A stretch of DNA of 35,553 nt from a virus (Duplodnaviria > Caudoviricetes). Numbering within the stretch: position 1 is the first letter of the stretch; every line of letters begins with the position of its first letter. Made by a program: the position numbers and the translations under genes. A model generated the notes under the pieces. That model was not told where the DNA came from. It saw only the letters and a list, made by a program, of their open reading frames with translations, and did not search any database. Positions 17,901-26,900 of the stretch are shown here, piece by piece. The DNA lies in the IMG/VR virus record IMGVR_UViG_3300042465_007798, positions 1 to 35,553 of that record. One strand, given 5' to 3'.

Positions 17901-20900
17901 CAATAAGCAGGAAGATCAAAGTCAACAATTGAACCTGGATAGCTATCTAACCCTTGATATTTGAGATTGAATTCTCGTATTTGCACGTGATAAGGTTTGA
18001 CTTCGTTGATGTAGTTTAAAACAAAGTCTTGGTTGTCACGTCGGTAAATTGGATATGGCACCAATTCTCGAATTACATGGTCCACATCAATCAAACTAGT
18101 TTTAGTCAACCAGGATGTCGAGCGTTGCTCGCTGAGAATGTAATTAAACATCAATACCAATAAGCGATTTCTTTCAATCAGCAGTTCGTCAATTAACAAT
18201 TCTTCGTTGATGGCTTCTAGAATTTTTCTAGTTTCGGTTACTGGCGCCTCATCAAAGTATTGAGCGTCAAACACTTCAGTGTCAAACCCAAATCTTCCCA
18301 GTGTGTAGTCCCAGAGTGCATTTGACAATTCTATTGTGCCGTCCTGTAGGCCTACTCGGACCCAGTTGCCATTATCACGCAAATAAATTTCTTTTTTGCC
18401 TTGCGCATTGGCTAAAACTTCTACAGAACTTCCGTTGGGCACAGTTATTGTATCCAGTGCAGAACGATTTGGTACTTTAATTAGTATACGTGTCAACGGG
18501 TTATAGCCAGGTCGGTACCAATCAATGTAACTCCAGTAGTTTCTAGTATCATAATTTTGTACTCGAATTAACTCTAAAAATACACTACCTGGCAATCTGC
18601 CCGTGACAGTCTGATAGATTGTCCACAAGCCGTTATTTGTGCTGTCACTGGTCACAAGATATTTGTATCCAATTGCTACCGCATTAAGATTTTGATAAGA
18701 CAATTCTTCGTAGTTGGCTACTTGTAAATTCCAATTTGTCACAGTGTTGCCATCTACTATTTCAAGTGCAGGCGGGATAGATTCCCTGCTGTTTAGTAGA
18801 GTGAATTTTCTAGTTTCAGAAATAGGATATTCTGCCAGCACCGAGTTGGCACGAGTTATATAATTTTGTAACGCCAAGAATCGATTTGCCACCATGCTTT
18901 GGCGTGGGCGGTAATCAACGCCATAACGTTGGCTTGGGCTTAACAGTGGGTCTGGTACTGCACGACCAAACAAGTCTGCCCCAGTTAAACTGTCCAGCAG
19001 TTTTCTGTACAATGCTGGATCCAGGAAACTTTCTGGTCTATCTTGTGCAATTAGCTGATACTCTGCATGCACAGCGGCAGTAGTTGCTTGTTTATCAAAT
19101 TGAATATGCAACACTGTATCTTGTGCAGAAATATATGGTAAAGAATTATAAATGGCCACAGTATTTGCATTGATAGGTGCAATATAGCTTATGCCACTAC
19201 TCCTTGGACTTTCAATGTATTGAGATAATGTAGTGGCACTCAGCGTTTTTCCTGCGTTGGTGGCAATAGTACGAATACCTTTGACCCAGAAGAAATATTC
19301 AGTATTTAAAAATCCTGATTCGTTGAGCATGGTTACTTCAACGTAGCTATCTGCGCTGTAAACTGTGCCTTCGCCAGTGTAGTTTATTGGCAACTCTGTA
19401 CTTGAAATCCATTGATATACATCAACCGAACTACCAGGGAATAATTGTCCCCATCGTCGACTTGCATATACAATATCGTCTTGGTTGGGATCAATAAATC
19501 TAGCAAAAGAAGTATCCCACCACAGTTGTCCAACTTGTGGTTGTCCCCAACGCATGCCGTAGTTGTTGATTGCTCCGGCGTTGTAGGCAGCCGGATCAAC
19601 TGCACCAATGTAATTCAAGTTTTGCCGCACTGCTCCTAACAAACGACCTTGAAGTGGATTGAAATAATCCAGGTATTGATTGGGTGTGCCGGTTACTAAA
19701 TCATAGACAAATACTGTGTTCAACAGTGCAATGTCAACTGTGGGCTCTTGTATTCTAGTTGGTGCCCAAGCCGGTCCATGTGAATCATTGTAATACTGTA
19801 CAACTTTTCCAAAATCTGCTTGGCTACTATCTCCAATGTCACTGCCCGGTGCGCCGATCAAGAACACGCCAGTGGTATAATCAATAGCGGCACCAAATTG
19901 ATCTAGGGTCTGAACATCACTGTTAATGAACTGTTGTCCAAACACCAACAGTGGAGGATTGTCCACTGAAGGATTGACTGCCGACAACACATCATAAGAA
20001 TAAACTGCGCCACTTTGTATTATAGGATCTGCAAATTGTGTTGTCTTAACATCAAATATTGTAGTATTGTTGTCAAATATGGTAGGTGCAATTGTGCTTC
20101 CGTTGGGTGCGCCCACCATCAAAGTAAGAGCATCGTCACTGACAAACAGTCCTAGTCCAAAATGAGCATAACTTTGTGGATCTGGGCTTGTGATTTCTTG
20201 TTGCCAGGCGTACACATTGACTCCCAGATCAAAGAACACAGTGCCTTGGCCTGGCAACACTGACAACTTGTTGACTGGTTGCGCTGAATTAATATTTTTA
20301 ACAGTCACTATCATTCGTCCAGACACAATTAAAATTTCAGCTGTGTTAAATGGCACTGACCCGGCAGCAAATGTAATTTGCTTTGTGTTATTGTCGTAGG
20401 TGTAATTAACTCCGTATGTTTGCAATACATTGTTTACATACACTTTTGTTGTGTAACTTGATGCCGCAGAATAAATGGTACCAACATCAAATACTGTGGT
20501 AGTTCCATCGCCTTCTAGAATTAAATCAGCAGTTAGCACTGCCCCAACGTTGGGAATAAATTCTGACTGTGTCCAATACACTGTGTTTGTTGGATCGTTT
20601 CCAAGAGTAGCACTTGTGGCAATGTAACAAAGTCCATTGTACGAAACTCGATCACCAATGTAATATTGTGTTACAGTTAAGTAAGGTGTGGTGTTTATAG
20701 CATTAACTAGACCGCTAACAGTATTGTTGGGTGCGGCCGGAACTGCCACAAACATGTTGTCAATTCGTATGTAATCTCCAGCAGTCAGTGCTGGGTTAGC
20801 AATTGTGGATTCAATTGTTCCGTATAGTCTTGCTTGATTTCTATAAACTTCAACCTTGCCAGCTTCCGGCAAAATTGCCGAGTCTCCCGGTGATGAAATA

Positions 20901-23900
20901 TACAAACTACAGTCATTTGCACACTGATCTACTTTTGCACCAAATTCCGCAGCATCTGTTTGATTAGCAGATGTAATTGCTTGCAATTGTACAAATTGAT
21001 TTGTTTCAATCTGTACCACATCGCCAACAGCAAGTGGTGCAGTAATAGTTACAAATTGATTTGACAAGTCCGAAGTGTCAACAGTGAATGTACCGCCAAT
21101 GTTCATTGCGGTGTTTACCAGGAACTCACCATTTACTGTCACTGCCACAAATCCAGGATCTTCCAGGCTGTTAACTGGGTAAAAGTTAGTTTGCGTGTCA
21201 TCAATAACAATAAATCGTTCAATGTTTCTATCAAACACATAAACTTCTCCATACTCGTCCTTGGGACGAGTATTTGGTGAACCAATCATGATTTGATTTC
21301 CAGTTGTAGTACAAGCTACACTCTCGCCAAATCTTAATTCAATGTCAAGTCCAGGAACAGTTAGTGTGTTTACATAACTAAAATAAGTGTTGCTGTCTAC
21401 TAAAATTGTTGCACCAGCTGGTGGCACTGTATTGAATACCAGGATGTGAGGATCAATAATTGAACTGTCGCTGTTAAAGTCATAATCTAGGTGTGGTCGA
21501 TACAACTGATCGTCAACTTTGACAGTGAATGAGTAAATGTCTGTTGCTGTGTACAAATATTGATTTAACGCAAACTCGTAAGTATTAGAAACTCCCGAGC
21601 CTGATTGAGTCCAGCCAAGTGGGCTGGACTCAATGATTGCACCACCAACTCCAATACTCTGCACAGTTATTACTAAATCGTTGGCAGGGCTAGAGCCGCC
21701 ACCAATAGTGGCAGCATTGATAGTAAGGGTATCAAGTGCTTGATAATCTTCGCCTGGTGATGTTAATTGAACATAGTATTCGCCGCGTACACGATTCACA
21801 GTAAATTGTGCATTGCTACCAATTCCTGTGGTACTATCTTGTTCAACATTGTAGTAAGTTTGCTGGTCAAGTTGTACTATAGATCTACGTGAAATAATTA
21901 GCACTTTGCCAGCTTCGGGAATATCCGTCAAAGTTATTGATGTACTGTCAACGGTGTAATCAATTCCATACTGTAAGAGATTATTGTCCAAGGCCAACAC
22001 TAGTTGTTCTGGCAGTGCGTAATCAACAACAATATCATTGATCCAAAGGTAAGTGGTTGTTACACCATCAGTGATGTACTCAACTGTCTGTCGTTGCACA
22101 TCAACTCGAGTATATGCATACACTTTGTTGTGTGCCGGTGCGGTAATATACATCCAACGTTCATTTTTACTGATAGTCACTGCATGACCAAATTCGGCAA
22201 CGTTGAAGTCTTGATCAGGTGGCAGCAACAATTGTCGTTGTTCAAATACAGGGCTACCAGGAGCCACATAAATTGGTGTGGCATATCCCAGGTAGTTGTC
22301 ACTGGCGCTGGCGCCTACAATACCCCATTGCTGATTACCAATGTCAACTGCACTGCCGTATCTGGCCGCGCCAGTGGCGTTGAGTTCAATGATTGCATTT
22401 TGTTCGTAAACATTCTGGTCAGTTAACACATAGGTATAAATTGCACCCGGGTCAGTTGCTAACTCTGACGGGTTGTAGCCCGGGGCTCCAACCATAGCAC
22501 TAAGATTTTCAAAACCTTGTGCAAGAGCGTAGCCAAATTCGCTGTGTATTTCTTGCGTGATTGGAACAATTGTGGCTGCTTGGTAGAAAGGATCTATTTT
22601 TTCAAGCACTGTCCAACGGTCGTTTCCATTGTTGTCCACCCAAACTTTGATCCCTGGCAGCAACTGATTTGCATATGGTAATCCAATAATGTCAGATGGT
22701 TGTGCAACTCTACTTGATTGCAACGTCAATCCAAGCCCGATCCCATTAACAAAGGTTCTTTCTCCGACAAAGGCATAGTCAATGATGAGTGTATTAAGTG
22801 TTGGTACTGACTTTACTCGATAAAAACCGTTTATTTCAGCATCAAAATTCTTGATGATTAATATTTCACCTGCCAATAGACCATGGTCTTCGGCAAATGT
22901 AACTATGCTTGCGCCATCTAAGTTATCTTCAACTTGAACAATGGTACTTGAAACTCCGGAGGCCCGATATACCTCCCAATCATAGGCATTTACTCGAGCA
23001 ACCCATAATGTGGTTCCAACTCCAATTTTATCAAGTGAGTTGTTTGCGTCTGATGGGTTTGTCAAGTCAAACAGTGTTATGTCAACGTCATTGAGATTTA
23101 CGTATCCTGCTGATGGGAATCCAACATCAGTGGGGGATGCCGTGGTGGTGGGCAAGATGTTGGGAGAAGTAATCTTGTAACTGCTTTTCCAAATATCATT
23201 AACAAATACTGTTTGGTCTGCGGCTGATTCGGTACCAGGCTGTATTACTTGTATCAAACTTGGGTCGCTGGGGAGTTTTGCTTCATTAAGTAAAACTTCA
23301 AAGAAACTGTTGTTGGCATTTGCGCCGTAGACACTTCGTAACATTGCCCAGTATTCATAAAGATTATACTGTGCAGTTTCTTTACCAAGGTCTGCAAATG
23401 TGAAAATTTCTAAACTAGGTCTAGTTCCTTTAGATCCCAAGAATTGTTGATAAAGCTGTACTTGACTGACGTCATCAAGATTCAATGCAGCCATGTATTC
23501 ACGTGGCCTAAAACCTATTAGGCCGTAACTAAACAAATCAACCTCAGTTTCTAAGTTGGCATCATACACGCTGTATGACTGCGCCAACTGGTTGCTGTCA
23601 TTGGCAGCGTTTGGCAATAGTCCTTGCATTATTTCTGAATAATCGCTTTTGATCCAGGCTGAAAAATCAAACGTTGCTGTGGGCTGAATAATTGTGGCCG
23701 CGCTCCAATACTGGTCCTTGAACTTGACAATTTCACCTTTGGTGTACTTTTGATTTGGTACCCATTCATTGATACCAGCTTGATTAAGAATAAATCCGGG
23801 CGCATTTACAGTGCCGTTCCAGTCCCCGCTTAACCATCCTGCTATCAAAATTCGACTCTGACGGCCACCAGTTATGGGGTCATAGATTAAATCTGCAAAT

Positions 23901-26900
23901 ATACTACGATTGTCTAAAACAATCAAATGCTCGTATGCAGTAAATCTTAGATTTAAAAAGTTAATAGTATCACTGGTTAAACTGTTTACAGTGAAGGTAT
24001 TTTCCAAGCGATCAATTACAAGATTATTTGGAGAGATTCCTTGCCTATTTTGATTCAGCACAACGTTGCTTAGTTTTACCGGCTGTAGACTTTCTGCAAC
24101 CAGTCCTGGTGTGGTAATGCTAATTGAATTTGCACCAGGGTTTAGATTAATAATGCTGTTTTCGGCCCAGCCTTGATTACTCCAATACAAAAATTCTTGA
24201 GCCATCTGTACCCAATCCATGATGTAGCCATTTTCAGTACGATCAAACACAAATCCTCGGTCAGTCAACAGTTTACCATAACTGAGCAAGAAATCGCAAA
24301 CTGCTGATCGGTTAGTAAACACAAATCCATAAGGAACACGAACAATAGTATTGGTGTACTCAACAGGAACCTGTTCTGTTGATCCTCCGGCACTGAGTGT
24401 CTGTGTTTTTCCATTTACCCTGGATGCTAATATTTCAAAATAATTTTCTAAGCCGTTGTATCCTTGAACTGCCCATCCTGTGTCAGTTACTTGAACTATT
24501 ACTGAACTGTAAGATACCTGTTGTACCGGTGGGTTTTTATAAAGCAATAATCCATAGCTTTCGTCTGGCAACAACAAGCCGGCATTTGACCCAGTTGGTG
24601 TTGATCGTTCGGTGTATAATTTTAAATATCGTTTGTCACTGAATGATGCTAGGCGCCAGCACAATCTAATATCTAGGTTACTCAATAGTGTGGTTAGGTC
24701 GTTACTACCATTGACTCCTAGTTGTTGATTGTAATCAATGATCCAGTTTATATAACTTGCACGGCTAACACCGTTGCCATATAATGGTGCCAGATTGCTG
24801 GCTTGGAGACGATATCTTCCTTCCCACAAATACTGACCAATACCCTCGTCATATACGTAACGATCGCGGTCTGCAAATAAACCAAAAAACTTAGCCGGCC
24901 TGGTTAACGCCAACAAGCGCATAACTGCAAACGGCCAAGCACTGCTAGATCTCCAGGTATTTTCAACTGGGCCGTCGTCCCCAAACGTCCAGCTACGTCG
25001 GAATGTGGTGGTATCGTAGTTACCCACCACAGCCGATAATGGACTGAGTAGTTCTCCTTCTGTGCCAACCGGAATTACATTTAGTAACCCTGGGCGGACA
25101 TATCGAGGATCAACTCTAGGGTTCACAGGATCTGCAATATATCCTCTTTCTAAATCGCCCCACAACACCAAGTTACCAGACGTATAAGGGGCAGGACCAT
25201 ATCGAGATGCCCACCATGATGGTTGTTGAGTGAATCCCAGCATTTCCCAGGGCGTTGTATTAGGAGTAGTGGTATCATAAAAATAAAGATAGTTGCCGCG
25301 CCAAGCACCCAACAGTGGTTGCTGATCAAGTCGGTTACTACTCTGACTATAATTGTAAGTAAAAGGATTGCTTTGCGAATAATTTTGTGAGGTATAGTCT
25401 AATTTATTGCTACCGATCCAAGATAAAAAGTCAGGCAACAATATAGAATTAATTTCTTCAAGTGTGTAATCCGTGGTTCGGAACTGCCCTGGTGTAACAT
25501 CATCTGCCAGCAACGGCACCGTGGTATTAATTTTTAAATTGTTAAAAATTCTTGTTTCAAATTCTAATAATACATTATCTCGGAAATCACCAAATGCCAC
25601 AGTGATGCTGCCATCGTGCCCCTGGATGACTAGAGTTGGTTGACTGCTGGTTTCCTCGTAAAAAATCTTAGGCTCGTATGCTGGATACAAACCCATCTTT
25701 GTTGGTGTATTTGGCACATAACTGCCGTAGGTAGTAGCATATTCTCTTATGGTTATTACGTCACCTACCACCAATGGAATTGTAATGATAATGCTGGCTG
25801 AATCAGCAGGCACAGTGTATTCGTATCCTTTGGTGAGAATGTTACCGTTGACATACACTAATATTGCTTTGAAGTTACTTTGTGTAAAATCGTAGACTTG
25901 ATTGGTGGTGAATGTATTAGTGCTGATTAAACTATACGTGTAAGTTAACTCAGTATATGTTTCTCCAGCTGGAAGCATATCGCTCCAATAGAACGGAAAA
26001 ATGCTACTACGAGACAACGTAATTTCTTGTATTGACGCATCCAAAACTTGAGTTGGTGTGAGATTTACAAAGTCACCATTTGATGCATAATCTATCAACA
26101 ACGCTTTGTACTTGTTGTATTCTTGGCTGTTAAACTCCAAAGAATTAAACAACTCAAACTGCTGGCGGCGCAAGAATACTCCTGGCAATACCAACGGGGC
26201 AGAATTTTGTATTATTTGTGTTCCGTAAGGTACCAGTTCTCCAAGATCGCGAGTATTATTTGCACCAGTTATTGGTCCAACAATGTTGCGCAAATTTTGC
26301 CCAATAGTTTCATAATGGGTTCTTATAGTGCCTAGTGTAAATTCTGTACTGTTGCCGTTTATTGCATTGTTTTCAAGATTTAATGGAATCTGATAAAAGC
26401 CAATCTGACTAGCAACATTGCTCAAGGCTTGAATTTCAATCACCGAGTTTAGTGCCACCAATGATGACAATGTTATAGTTGTGTTTGTGCTGGAAACTGT
26501 ATAGGTGTATCTTAATGGGTCAAGATAAATGCCATCTATAAAAATTTGTATTGGTGAAAAAATTGTAAGTTGGTCCACTGGAACATCTAGCACCAACGGA
26601 GATCCATCATTGACGAATCTAAAAATTTGTCGGCTGCGAGATGTGGCCGCTGCCGGCTGCCATCCAAGTTCACTGGAGAACGATACTCGATCAATGTATT
26701 GTCTTGCAAATCCTGTGCTAATTGCAGTGGTAGTGCTTACATTATTTTTAACATAGATAAAAGTGTCGTTGTAAAAATAGTTAGAAAAAACAATATCACC
26801 AACATTGTTGATGCTAAAATATTTTAAAGACAATCCCAACACATCATCTTGTACGGCTGTTTCTCCCTCGGCATATCCAAAAAGTTTGCTCCCGACAAAG

